The position numbers and the translations under genes were made by a program. Under the pieces are notes generated by a model. That model worked only from the letters and a program-made list of their open reading frames with translations. It made no database searches and was not told where the DNA came from. DNA of 64,000 nt. It comes from Ranitomeya imitator (Eukaryota). Position 1 is the first letter of the stretch; each line of letters opens with the position of its first letter. The stretch lies in the NCBI RefSeq assembly GCF_032444005.1, contig NC_091285.1:33232001-33296000 (forward strand). The letters run 5' to 3'. This document shows, piece after piece, positions 12,612 through 25,270 of the stretch.

Positions 12612-13612
12612 GTGAGTGAACCATTTGTGTGCATATAAATACATTCCAAACCATAACCATCCTTAATTAGCCATTAATGAACAGTACATGTGCTTTTAAA
12701 TTTCTTATACAAATTTCAATTAATATCATAAAGTGCTATAGTGCATACCTTCTGTGCAAGTGTTGCTGTGTAAACTATATATTACTTTACTTGTGGAGCT
12801 GCTTACCGGCAATGGAGGACATCTACACACATCTCGGCGTTCTCTATGCGCAACTGCGCATGTCCGCTACGTCACCGCTCTGTGTTAGACCTCGGACCAA
12901 TCAGCCTGCGCAGTAGCGCTATGTATCGCCATATTGGTAGTGGCATCTCATACAGGAAGGTCAATTCCTCAGTCGGATGACAGCGCCTGCGCATACAGCG
13001 CTACTCAGCACTAACACCACCCTTCACTTGCCAGCAAAGATTCCAGCCACTGCGGGACCATATTAAGTATAAGGCTGTGGTCCTCACAAACTTCACCACG
13101 CATAACAATGCTTTTATTAGTTCGTGCCCTATGGACATTGTAGCGCTAAACATCGCCCTGACACTACGGGCTCAACCATATATTAGCTGATGTCCGTAGG
13201 TCATACAATCAAACGCCTAGCATCAGGTCAACCCTCTCAGGTCAGCCCACCCCAGGCTTAGACTGTATCAGCGATAGCGTTGACGTCCCGGGATATACAC
13301 TATACTGAAGTTAGAGGTAGTAGACCACTGCTATGTAGTATTTTGACTGCTTTATTTATTAATCCATGGTCCAACACAGTATGGGACAAAAATAACAATA
13401 GTCTTCCAATCCAAATATATAATTATATGTCCTCCATGCCCGCAAGCACTTCTCCACTGGTCTTCCGCTATACTAGAGGCATCAGACGAAATCTAAAATT
13501 AGAGAAATACAATTACGTGAATTACATAGTATTCTCTAAACTTAAAAACAGAAAGTCACATTACTGACTCATAGGGACTCTATATAATATACAACGGAGT
13601 TCATACACATTA

Positions 13613-14887
13613 TTAGATTATTGTATGCATTTTAAAATCGGCGTTAAGTCCTCCCGGTCTCAAGGTTTTAAGTTCATAAATCCACATAAGTTCCTTTTTC
13701 TTTAATATCAGCTCCCTATCACCACCTCTTCTCTGTGTCGGAACAGCATCTATGATTTTACATCTAAGGTCCTTTTCTGTATGTTTGCAATCAGCAAAAT
13801 GTTTTGCAACAGGAAGATCCAGTCTGTTCTTTCTTATACTGAATCTGTGCTGGTTCATTCTTGTTTTAAACTCGCATGTTGTTTCACCAACGTACCAGAG
13901 ATTACATGGGCACATGAGCACATATATAACGTGGTCTGAGCTACATGTGAGGAATTGATCAATATTATATGTCTTTCCCGTTTTCGGGTGTACAAATGTC
14001 GGTCCCTTAAGCATATATATGCAATTAACACAGTTCAAACAAGGGAAACATCCTTTTCTTTTACTCCCTGTAAGGTATCTCTGTGTATCTTTCTTTTTGG
14101 GGCCGATATCCGATTGTATGACCATGTCTTTGATATTTTTATTCCTCTTATATGAATATAGCGGTGGCATTTTGAATTCGGGTATTTTTGGCAAGCATCT
14201 CCCCAGCATGGTCCAGTGTTTATTTATAATCTTAGACACTTCCCTACTTTCCTCGGTATAGGTAGACACAAAGGGAACTCTATTCTGGGTATTTTTACGT
14301 CTACCACATGGTTCTCCATGTATTAGTTGCAATCTCTCTTTTTCCATAACCCTATTTTTTGTTTGTTCTAATAGTCTCTTGGGGTAGCCTCTATTCAAGA
14401 ATTTCTTAATTAACTGATCTATTGTTTTATCAGCTACGTCCTCTTCCTTCACTATACGTCTAACCCTGAGTAGTTGGCTAACGGGGATTGATCTTTTCAT
14501 TGAGCAAGGGTGTTGACTATCATATAGGAGCAAGTTGTTCCTATCTGTGTTTTTCACATATAGTGTTGTAATAAGTTGGTCATTTTTTTGCTCAACCAAT
14601 ACGTCAAGGAATTGGATTTCAGTCAAAGATTTTACTACCGTGAATTTGATTGTATGGTCAATAGTGTTGAGATAAACGTGAAATTCATCCAACTCCTCCT
14701 CAGTACCTGTCCACAGGAGGAAGACATCATCTATGTATCTCCACCACTCCAGCACATGCCGGAAGTGGTGGGACACATAGATAAGGCCCTCCTCCAGGGT
14801 TTCCATAACCAGGTTAGCGTATGAGGGGGCCATATTGGCCCCCATAGCCGTTCCCTGTTTTTGCGTATAAAACGCGTCTCCAAACAT
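13613..14887 (-). CDS. PLE reverse transcriptase (C-terminal part) + GIY-YIG endonuclease, 5'-truncated
   Basis: QKQGTAMGANMAPSYANL, WRYIDDVF, HVIYVLMCPCNLWYVGETTCEFKTRMNQH; 424 codons without stops. Confidence 0.93.
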   Translation of the reverse strand: MFGDAFYTQKQGTAMGANMAPSYANLVMETLEEGLIYVSHHFRHVLEWWRYIDDVFLLWTGTEEELDEFHVYLNTIDHTIKFTVVKSLTEIQFLDVLVEQKNDQLITTLYVKNTDRNNLLLYDSQHPCSMKRSIPVSQLLRVRRIVKEEDVADKTIDQLIKKFLNRGYPKRLLEQTKNRVMEKERLQLIHGEPCGRRKNTQNRVPFVSTYTEESREVSKIINKHWTMLGRCLPKIPEFKMPPLYSYKRNKNIKDMVIQSDIGPKKKDTQRYLTGSKRKGCFPCLNCVNCIYMLKGPTFVHPKTGKTYNIDQFLTCSSDHVIYVLMCPCNLWYVGETTCEFKTRMNQHRFSIRKNRLDLPVAKHFADCKHTEKDLRCKIIDAVPTQRRGGDRELILKKKELMWIYELKTLRPGGLNADFKMHTII

Positions 14888-15343
14888 AAAGTAATTGCGT
14901 ATCTATCTATCTATCTATCTATCTATTATCTATCTGTAATGGAGTGTGGGTTGGAAAAATGTAAAAGAGGAGGTTGGACAAGAAATGACATCACAAATCT
15001 TTTTTTTTGTTCAATAATAGATCTTTATTTAGCTTTCAAAAACGCATCAAAAACGCACCTGCGTTTTCTGGCAAGAGATGTGGATTCAGAAAAAATCTGC
15101 AGGCAAATCCGCAATGTGTGCACATAGCCTTAAAATAAATGCCCCGTCCCCTATGCTGATTCATTTCAGTTTCTTAAAGGGGTTGTCTCCTCTTGTTATA
15201 AATGGGTCAATTGCACTTTACTTGTTAAAAATCCTCTGTTCTCAAGAATGGGGGAATTTTACATTTTATTGAACTGCTTTGTTGTAGCCTATGTGCTGCT
15301 GTCATGCTTGAAAGCGACATTTAAAGGGATTGTCCACATTTAA

Positions 15344-15781
15344 AGTGATTGTCCACTACTTGGACAACCCCTCCTGAATCCCTGTTTCTCCCCAGTAAAA
15401 TAATAACACCTATACTCAACTCCGGTGCCGGCACTGATCCAGCGACGTCAGCGTTGGCTCTCCCAGGGCTCCCGTGACATTATTATGTCACACAATCCCT
15501 GCTGCCAATCAGTTCTGGATTCACTCTCCTTCTCCTACAGACAAATAAAGACATTGGGAAGAAGATAGAGAGGAGCCACGGCCTCTTCTATCACCATATA
15601 AGAGGTGAGAGAAGCCAGTGCTGATTGGCAGCAGGGATTGCGTGACATAATAATGTCACGGGAGCCCTGGGAGAGCCAGTGGCGATGTCGCTGGACCGGT
15701 GTCGGCACCGGTGTTGAGTATAGGTGTTATTATTTTACTGGGGGGATTCAGATGGGGTTGTCCAAGTAGTGGACGACTCCT
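15344..15781. mobile_element. TTAA-flanked MITE (T2/Kolobok-like), largely palindromic
   Basis: TTAA|AGTGATTGTCCACTACTTGGACAACCCC ... GGGGTTGTCCAAGTAGTGGACGACTCCT|TTAA; internal sequence also inverted. Confidence 0.85.
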
Positions 15782-16878
15782 TTAAGACATCAAACTGATG
15801 TGATCCATCCATTACTGTAGGGAGGCATCCTGCCCTTGTAGTACGGTGCCGCATACGGTGCTACACAATAGTGCGGACATCTCGACACTACAGAACCGCC
15901 CGCACGCCACGTGCCCCAATAATGGTAAAAATCAGCAAAAATAAATCCCATGGTGGGACCTTCCTCCCGTGATTTACAGGGGCTCGCCCTCTCCGGCATC
16001 CATCGCTGAGCAGCGTAACATTCTTCTCATCAGAAGCATTTCTGCCCGGCACTATTTCTAGTCCTCCTGGGTGAGGCGCTGACAGCTGCTCCCTACACAG
16101 CTGCCAGGCACTAAGTATAGGGGGCCATGTGTCATAACGAACAATACTGTCAGATCAGACGATGGACCGACAGGGGGCGCCACTGAGCCACATCACAGCT
16201 ACGAACAAGGCTGCAATCGCACATTGGGGTCAGGAAATATTTCATGCATTATGCAAAAACCACAGACCAGACCATAAGATGATCACAATGCGCTAATAAA
16301 AAAATAATATATACTTTTTTGGCTGAAGTAGGTAAATATATTGATAATTTTTCCTAGAGAGTAACACCCTTTTGTTTGACGTCAGTTTGGGCGGCACGTC
16401 ACTCATACAGCCAACGAAGGGCATGATAAATACAAATAACTGACATTGTGCATCCTTTACCACTAGAGGGAGCTCAGGAGTTCCTTATACCCAATGTATG
16501 CAGTACGCTCCTGAGCGCCCTCTACTGGCAGCTGCAGGAAGTGAAACTTTATCCACTTTCCCCTCCATGATGAAGAGAGTGTGTGTGCATGGAGCAGGCT
16601 CATATGGGCGGGTTCAGGCTGTGATCTACCTAGCTCTGATCGCTGCTGTTTAACCACTTAAATGCTGCTGCCAATCTGAAAGCGGCATTTAAATAGAGTG
16701 ATCCTCCTGTGGAATCCAGTGGGGGGGGGCAAGTGCCAAGCAAACATAGACAGTGACTGGGAGGACCACCGATGCGTCAGCGCTGGATCTGGGGAGGATT
16801 AGAAGTATTGAAAAGTCTCTGGAAACGGAAATTTGTACATTTTATTTGCTTGACTCTTTATGTTTTCGCAAACATAGT

Positions 16879-17233
16879 TTACAGCCGTCTCAGAACTGTG
16901 CTCTCGGGCTCATTTTCAATGTCGGTAACATTGACGTCTTCGTCCTGCGCGTGTGCTCGTTCGCCGAAAGCAATGGGTCTGAAATAAATCTGCCCCATAG
17001 ATGACTGATCATCATCAGGTTCTGTGTAGAAGGAGTTTCCTTCCAGGCTGTGACAGCTGCACAAGTCTTCACTAGCGACCAGCTGATCATCACATGCGTG
17101 GCGAGGGTGGTCACTGCTAAAGCCCGAAAACATGGGCTCATGCTGGTGGTACTGGTCCTCATAATACCTCCGGTAACCTGGCAGCTGTCCTCCGATGTCA
17201 CCGCGAGCAAGCAGTCTGTTGGAGGGATACATG
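16879..17233 (-). CDS. SOX30: SOX30 exon 5 (last coding exon)
   Basis: Acceptor TTGTTCGCAG, phase 2; YYEDQYHQHEPMFS and DVNVTDIENEPESTVLRRL* match human SOX30 C-terminus YYEDRYPKHEGIFS...VNVTDSDEEEEEKVLRDL; AATAAA at 16846-16841. Confidence 0.88.
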
Positions 17234-20019
17234 CTGCGAACAATGAAATGGGAGACGGTTAATAATGAAGAATTTCATTCCCAAACCTCAATTGTTATCT
17301 TAAAGAAGACACGTTACTTCCTCAACCAGAACTGAGTCAAATCCCTGCGCTCCCCCGATTCTGCCGCTTTTTTCCGTTTTGTGCTGCGATGCTCCATTGC
17401 AGAGATATTCACATATCTTACTTTAGGAGTACAATATGTGAAATCTCTGCTTGTAGACAAACGAGGTGTTTCTTCCGAGTCTTCTCTCCGAGCGTTCTCT
17501 TTCACGCCCCTTCCTATCAGATGCTGCCAATCACAGTTTTGTACCTGATCTAGCATTCACTGTGATTGGTAACATATGGGAGGAAGGGGTGAAAGCGCAC
17601 TTGTCAAGAAAAGACTCTGAAGAAACGCCCAGTTGTTCTGCAAGCAGAGATTTCACATAGTGTACTGCAGGAGAAACAAATGTGAATATCTCTGCAATGG
17701 AACGACGCAGCTAAAAACTGAAAAAAGTGACAGAATCAGGGGAGCTCAGAGATTTTTACAAGTTATTTAACTTATTTTTTTAGTAAGTGACAGGTCCTCT
17801 TTAAAGGGGTTTTTCCTTCTCATATTTTATGGCATATCCTCAGGAGGTAATGTGTGAATATGCCATAAATGTACAAGAGGTTTTTGGCAACTTCTTACCA
17901 CCCCTCTCTTCATTAAGAATACATGCACACATGGGTTGAGCTATCTTTTTGTGTATATGGGGGTCAGGAGAAATAGCTGTTGGTGTGGATATACCCTTGA
18001 GACGCTCATTGGGGTGAAAGCTACTCCTCCTTTCACAAATTCAAGAAACATGGTCAATGCTCAGGAGACTCGGTCCGTCCAGTGTGTCACCTGCCTTGTA
18101 TATGCCTATGAAGCAGTTCGCTCAGGTTGGGAGAGTAGAGATCCTTTATCCACATTCATGTTAGGGGCTCCGAAGCCCCAAGAAGCTTCCACGTCCATAC
18201 ACAGCAGTCATGTGATCGCTGTGTATAGTGAGGGGGTCATAGGAGACACAGGCAGCTCTGCTATGCAATTAAGATGCGGCATTTCCCCTGTAACTGGGGC
18301 TAATATACCAACCCCAGTTACAGTGGAAATAAGATAGAATTTTAAAAATTGAATTGACCCCTGTTCCTCACGCCCAACCAACCCAAAGGGTCTTTTGTGA
18401 CCTTATGGGGGCACAATGTGCAAAATAAATGAGAAATAAATGTACAGGTAAAAAAATAAATAATAATAATAAAAAACTAAATTGCCACTGTCACTCTAAA
18501 TCGTTGTTGTCTATATAAAAAAAAAATATTGTCCAGTATAAAAAAAATATTTGTTACAGAATGGGGAACACATTTTTTAAATGTATTTTAGTAATTCTTT
18601 GTGGTCATAAAAAATACGGAAAACACATTAATTTCCTTTATTTTGACACCTATAAATAAATTTTTAAAAAAGATGAAAATATGACAGTGACAAACATAAA
18701 AATGACTCAGGTAAAAAGGTCCAAAAACAACATGAAATTCCATCGAGAAAACAAAAAGGGCTGGTGGGTCATGGAGATACATCCAGGTCCCAGGTCCTCT
18801 TTATGACCATTGAAAAAAAGGCAAAATGTCTCAGAGACCCCAAATCACCCTGAGATTCCATCCTCGTTATATTCTCTGTGGTTTTTTCTTATCACTTCAA
18901 AGTCTCCAGTGATCAGATATTGCTCCCGCTCATCAGAGGACTACTCCCCCATCCTCCTGCAGACACAGAACTTACTGTTCAGCCACTGGTTTATCTCACA
19001 AGACCGATCGATGCAGTGAAAAATGTAATCCGTGTCATTCTACACCCACCTTCCTATCGGCTGCATCTGGGTGGGCACTAGAGCCGTCCACAGACAGTCC
19101 GTTCTTTGTGCCCGACCTGAAGATGTCATACTGGTAGTTCATGGGATATGTGGGAAATGTGGACGGTCCGGACCCCAGGACCCGTGGGCCAAAGAGGTAT
19201 GAGCAACTATATTCTAAGGCGGGCTTCACACATCCTGCTTTGGCGATCAGTGTGCGGACTGCTTTGTCAGGCCCCTGCGGTCAGTGATTGGCTGCAGTGG
19301 TGATGTGAGCAGTTGACATGCAGACCAGATCAGAGGCAGAGAACCAGTCCTAAACTGGGAGAGGCTGAGTACCAGTTGGCTTTATTACCTTACATGACTG
19401 CTGGCGTTTGGTTCATCTCAGTGATTAAAGGGGTATTCTCAAGTTTGGAAGTTTGGATCCATGGGATAGATAATAACATGCGAATCACTGAGGGTCCGAC
19501 AGCTGGGCCCCCATCACTCCAGAGAATCAGTGGTCAATTCACTGTGTTACAAAGGTTTTGTCCCTTGGACAATTTTGAGTGTTCCTGACATGTGCCCACA
19601 GCTGACATGTGCCCGCAGCTGACATGGGCGGATTCGCGATCCGCCCGCACCTATTAAGTAGTTAAATGCTGCTGTCAAACTCTGACAGCGGGCATTTAAA
19701 TGCACATCCGGACGCCGGTCCGGAAATACGTGCAGCGACGACCCCCGTCACATGATCGGGGGTCATCGCTGCATTACCATCACAGTCAGAGGTCTCCTGG
19801 AAACCTCTATGGTTATTGATAGCAGATTGCTATGGGCGCCACCCTGTGGTAGGCGCTCATAGCAAGCCTGTAATTCTGCTGCATAGAGGTGATCTGAGCA
19901 TCACCTCTATGTAGCAGAGGTGATCGCGCTATGGCAGCTTCTAGCCTCCTATATTGAGGATATTGAAGCATACCAAAAGTAAAAAAAAAAAAGTGTTTAA
20001 AAATATAAAAAAATAAAAG

Positions 20020-20620
20020 TTCAAATGTGAAGGACATGGGGGGAATCATACTATTGGGGCATTATACTGTGTGGGGGCAACATTCAGTGTGTATGTGAAG
20101 GACATGGGGGCATCATACTATTGGGGCATTATACTGTGTGGGGGCAACATACAGTGTGTATGTGAAGGACATGGGGGCATCATACTATTGGGGCATTATA
20201 CTGTGTGGGGGCAACATACAGTGTGTATGTGAAGGACATGGGGGCATCACACTATTGGGGCATTATACTGTGTGGAAGGACACTGGGGACATTATACACT
20301 GTGTATTTGAAGGACATGGGGGCATTATACTATTGGGGCATTATACTGTGAGGGAGGAAACTGCGGACATCATACAGTGTGTAGGTGAAGGACATGGGGG
20401 GCATCATACTATTGGGGCATTATACTGTGTAGAGGGGCACTGGGGGCAACATACAGTTTGTATGTGAAGGACATGGGGGTCTTCATACTATCAGATTATT
20501 ATACTTTCTGGGGGACAGTGGGGACTACATACAGTATGCATGTGAAGGACATGGAAGGCATCATACTATAGGGAAATTTTACTCTGTGGAGGGGCACTGG
20601 GGGCATCATACTATGTGGGG
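20020..20620. repeat. ~62-bp minisatellite in SOX30 intron 4
   Basis: Unit GTGAAGGACATGGGGGCATCATACTATTGGGGCATTATACTGTGTGGGGGCAACATACAGTGTGTAT repeated about 9 times, degenerating rightwards. Confidence 0.9.
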
Positions 20621-20882
20621 GCCATGAATGGGGTATCGTACAGTATGGGCACATACGAAGGACTCGGAGAGGTTAGGAGAGCTGCCATGTCATGCTCTGC
20701 ATGACACAATGTGTGTCCCTATTTCATATCCTTCAGAGTTGTGGTGGTGCGATAGAGGTGATGAATGCTCCTCTGCCAACCCTCCGCCTGCTCCTGACAG
20801 CCAGACTAATATTCCCATGAATCGGGAAACAGATCGGCATCTAGATATAAAACACAACCTACAAAGTGCTAATCCTGCTCAC

Positions 20883-21276
20883 CTAGAGGGGACAAAATAG
20901 TATCCTGGCTGAAATAGATTTCGGAAACCAAACTGTGGATGAAACCCAAAGTAGCCCGGGTACACGGGAGGGTACGGCAGAATACCAGGTTGTGGCACGC
21001 AGGCCGGGAGCCGACTGTAGTCGCTGGGATAATGCAGCTCTTGTATGAGTGGTCTCTCCTGTGATTCAGATGATGGCTGCACTGAAGACTCGGCCGTTTC
21101 TGGGCTGGACACTAATGGAGACGGGTCCTCCTCTAGGAGATAATCTGGGTTTATGGTCTGTAGAGGGATCGGAGCAAGCGATGGAGTTGTCTCCGCTGGT
21201 TCCACAGTGCTGGGATGCACCAGTGGGGTGGATACCGAGTTGTCGGCAGCCGCTGGCAATATGACAGCTTCTTCAC
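20883..21276 (-). CDS. SOX30: SOX30 exon 4 (Pro/Ser-rich)
   Basis: Acceptor TTTTTTATGAAG (phase 1), donor TCTAG|GTGAGC (phase 2); end YFGFHPQFGFRNLFQPGYYFVPS resembles human LFGTPPRFSFHHPYFLPGPHYFPS; 394 nt. Confidence 0.8.
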
Positions 21277-23293
21277 CTTCATAAAAAAAGAAAAAAATAT
21301 ATTAGTAACAAATATCAATTAAAAAAACCTACAAAAGACAAGTGTTTTGGAACAAAGGGTACAGAATTTCTAAAGGAAGTTAATTAAGTTATTGAGTGCA
21401 AGTGCATGAAAATACCTACTAATAAAAAGAGGAGCAGAGCTGTGCTGGAAGCAGGACATGATGGCTTCTCCAGCTTCCAGCGCAGCTCCACTCCTCTTCT
21501 TACTCATGTGACTTTAATTCCGACTCTCCAGATCACACTAGGGTTAATGTTTTGAGGCTCCGTAGACTTACATTGTAAAAGTAACGTCCCGAGACTTAAG
21601 TAACATAAATCCCTGTTTGGTTCGTTGAAGTTACAAGAGCCAGAAGAGGAGCGGAGCCACGATGGAAACCAGGGAAGCCGGCAATCGGTAAGTATTTTCC
21701 TGGGCAAGCAGAGCAGTGCACCCAAGCTTTTTACGAAAGAGCTTGAAAGTGCTGCTCTGAGGCTGGTCGGGTCACTGGATTTTAGTGCCCCTGGCAAAGT
21801 ACCTCTGTTTGCAGCGTGAGGGGAGAGCTCACAGTTTGGGACAGCAGCACAAAAAGGACGCTGGCCCAAACTTTTAATCATCCAGAGTGTTCCACCCCCT
21901 GGAGGAAGCTGCGAGGCTCAGGAGTGGTGCACTTCTGAAGACAGAAAGGGAGAACAACTCTTTAAAGAATGTTAATTTTGGATTTTTGGTTTCAATTTGG
22001 TTTCAGTAGACATTGCAAAGTAGAATCTATAGAAGGTAAATGGTGTGAAATTTTAATGAAATCCAATTGTCAGATTTAAGGTGACAATACTTGCATTTAA
22101 AAGAGTTGTCTCATATTCAATCTTCAGGAGCGCACCGCTACTATACCTCCCGAATTCCCGCCTGACAGGGGATGGTGACCTCCTGAAGATTGACAGTTCG
22201 GGCTGTTGGTACAGCAGTATGCTCTCCCATTCTGCACGCAGGGCCAGCTTTGCTTCTACATTTCAGCCAAGTGCAGGGGTCACATCTTCTTTCTTCAGAA
22301 GCACAGCGCTCCCCCGCCTTCTAATTTCTTGCTTGCCGGGGAAGGGCAGTGCGTTCCTGAAAATTGACATGGTGGCACCATCTAATACTGCAAATAGAGG
22401 CAGCATCAGAGGAGCCCGGAGGCAGTGAAGACCCAGGGATTAGGTGAGCTTCAGCGCAGTGCTTGCAAGCTCTACAGCAAACAGCTTGTAAGTGCAGTGC
22501 TTCTAGTCTAGGAAACCCAACACCCCTGGGGTGGCCAGTAACCTTAAAAATGGGCTATAGGGTTAAAAATTCCTTTGCTCTCGAGACGCAGAGGATTTTT
22601 AATAAGAGTTAAATAGCAAAGTTGATGATTTTCACAAGCACTTTGCAATTTTATCAATTTAATAGCAGGAGACAACCCCCTTTAGCAACAACATTCTTCT
22701 CAGTGCACAGTGCGCTCACTCGATGACTCTTAATTTGAAGTGACAAACAAGCGACAGAGTGCACACTGTAAGGAGAGAATGCGGCAAACAGACGTCACTT
22801 TAGTGGGCCGGGCTTGTCTCTGCTCGTTGGGCTATCTCCTTTTAATGTACACAGACAATACGCTCTGTTGTCGGCTTGACACTTCTGATCAGAGCCGGTG
22901 AGGGAGCGCACTGTCACTGCGCGCTGATAAGAATATTGCAAAGAAGGGAGCTCAAACTGAGCATATGTGGGTATTGACAATAGATACATGGTCAGAACAC
23001 CGTTCCAGGGTGGGGACAGGGGCTGTGGCAGTGACAGCATCCTCTGCCCCTCTGATGATGTCCCGCTTGAGTATCTGAGCTTGCTCTGGGTAGTCTCAAA
23101 CAAAGCATCATCAAAACAAAAATAGGGAAAAAATAAAAAATAAACTAGAGAGGGAAGGTTGATTCTTTGTATTAGAAAGAGAAAGAAATCAGCAGAAGTG
23201 AAGCCATACTTACCGTTATTTGCATGTCTGCCTAATTAATCAGAGTTTTTCAGAAATACCACTTTATAACACATTTTTGGAGGTTTCGGGTAC

Positions 23294-23416
23294 CTGTACT
23301 TTGATCGAATGGCTCCATCTTGAAGGTGTAGGTCGGTATTTGGTACTGGAGCCCAGAATAGTTAGTACCGACACTGGGCTGAGATTTCCTATATTTCCCT
23401 GGCCGATATTCCCAAT
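23294..23416 (-). CDS. SOX30: SOX30 exon 3 (HMG tail): (D)WEYRPGKYRKSQPSVGTNYSGLQYQIPTYTFKMEPFDQST
   Basis: Acceptor CTTGTATCTTTTAG, donor ACAG|GTACCC; 123 nt, phase 1/1; completes HMG C-terminus FPDWEYRPGKYRK (human FPGWVYQPRPGKRK). Confidence 0.82.
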
Positions 23417-24540
23417 CTAAAAGATACAAGGAAGAGGATATGATAGCAAGATCATACTGCACAGGGGATTTAATCAGCCATCATGTGCCTCTAAGGCCGG
23501 CGTCACACTGGCGAGTTTTACGGACGTATGAGCGCAGAAAATACATCCATAAAATATGCATAACACACGGCCCAATGATTCTCTATGGCCCTGCTCCTAT
23601 CAGCCGTATTTAACGGATCCGTATTATACGGTCCTCTATGGCCGTAGAAAATCGCAGCATGCTGCGTTTGTCACCGTATTGCGCAAAAAAATCGCCAATC
23701 AAAGTCTATGGGGGCGAGAAAAATACGGATTACACACGGACCAGCAGTGTGACTTGCGAGAAATACCCAGCGGTGTTAGAGAGAAAAGCCGGCAATTCAG
23801 TGCGGTGCACAGTAAAATCACACTGACAGCTTACAATAGAATAGGTGGAATAAATGTGGACACATAGAATAGGTATATATATATACTGTATGTACAACAA
23901 AAAAAGAATGAACAATGGACAGCACTAGAGGAGCACAAATTAGTATAGACCTTGACTCCTTGGAGAATGTCCGAAAAATACAGGTGGCACGAACGCTCTG
24001 GGTATGCGGTGCTCTGCACTGATAGGCAACCAACAATAAATTCAATAAAGCAAGAAAAGAAAACAGTGCGGCACTCACCCTTTTGAAGCTGTGAAATCGT
24101 GCTCTTTATTGGAGAAAGTTATTTAAAACATCCGTTAGGACATCAGGTCTACAGGAGGGTGCGGAGGTGGAGTGTGGACCAGCAGAGGGCGCCTCACCGC
24201 GAATGAAGGTAAATATAGGTCATTGACCTCCTTTCCATTCATTCGCTGGGGTTTTACAGCCACGAGCACAGCTGCATTAGCAGAGCTCCTGGGTGTAAAA
24301 TTATTTAACCCCTTCAGACGGATTTACATCGTGGGACGTGACAGATCATCGGAAGGTATGAGATATTGTTGTTTTTTTTTATTTTTCCTTTGTTACAGAG
24401 CGAGGGTCTTCAGGTGGATTACCAGGATAATAAAATATTCCAACAACCTGTGTTTTTATTTCATTAAAATACTTTGTAATAATGTGTTTGTGTTTTTTTT
24501 TAACCATTTCATACAATTGGATTAATAATGGATAGGTGTC

Positions 24541-25081
24541 TGTTGTGAGTTCTGTTTTTGGGCTCCCTCTGGTGGTTACTGATGGTACTGGGTGACTTGT
24601 GTTCTTTGCGGTCTCTGGTGTCCACCTGTTCCATCAGGTTATGGGAGTTTCCTATTTAACCTGGCTTTTTTGTCATTTCCTCGCCGGCTATCAATGTAAT
24701 CAGCGTGTCTTTTTACCTCTGCTCCCTGCGTCTGTTATCTTCAGGACAAGCTAAGTTTTGATTTTCCTGTTCCACGTTTTGCTTTATTTTTGTCTTAGTC
24801 CAGCTTGCAGATATGTGATTCCTTGCTGCTGGTTGCTCTAGTGGGCTGAAATTACTCCTCATGTTCCATGAGTTGGCACATGAGTTCAAGTAATTTCAGG
24901 ATGGTTTTTTGAAGGGTTTTTCGCTGACCGCGCAGTTCACTTTTGTATCGGCACGTTCCCCGGCTACTGCTAGTTGTGTGTTTAGGTTCAGGATCGCGGT
25001 CAGCTCAGGTTCCATCACCCTAGAGCTTGTTTAGTTTTTGTGCTTGTCCTTTTGTGATCCCCTGCCATTGGGATCATGACA
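24541..25081 (+). repeat. 5' LTR
   Basis: TGTTGTGAG...GGATCATGACA; TATA-like TATTTAA at 24653-24659. Confidence 0.97.
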
Positions 25082-25270
25082 GTATAGCCGGCCTAAAAAA
25101 AAAAAAATTGGTCATCGTTTTGGCTGAAGTAGGAGGAAAAGTAGTCTGAGGAAGTTTTTTTTTTTTTTTTTTTTTTCCCTCCTCAGTGTTTGCTGCCTAG
25201 CCTTAATTGCAGCTTGGCTGCTTCTTTCCTCTTCTTAATCCTTGAATGGCTCTGACCTCAGCTGTTTATC

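Larger units (their letters stand above)
12497..14899 (-). mobile_element. 5'-truncated Penelope-like element (PLE) inserted in a (TATC)n tract
   Basis: RT C-terminal half plus GIY-YIG ORF, 1.1-kb 3' region ending in hammerhead-like motif and AATAAA; (TATC)n on both sides (~12400-12496, 14900-14930). Confidence 0.9.
10410..15128. mobile_element. Large non-autonomous TIR element (about 2.3 kb without the nested Penelope insertion)
   Basis: Ends GCTATGTGTACACGTTGCGGAT (10410) and ATCCGCAATGTGTGCACATAGC (15107-15128) are 20/22 inverted; CTTAA follows the right end; internal segments shared with 40300-42916. Confidence 0.55.

Noticed and set aside
22795-23103. ORF with PTYAQFELPSLQ, faintly like human SOX30 PTYSVVIPSLQ, as an extra SOX30 exon
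   Set aside because: No phase-1 acceptor keeps this frame; exons 3 and 4 already join in phase. Likely chance.
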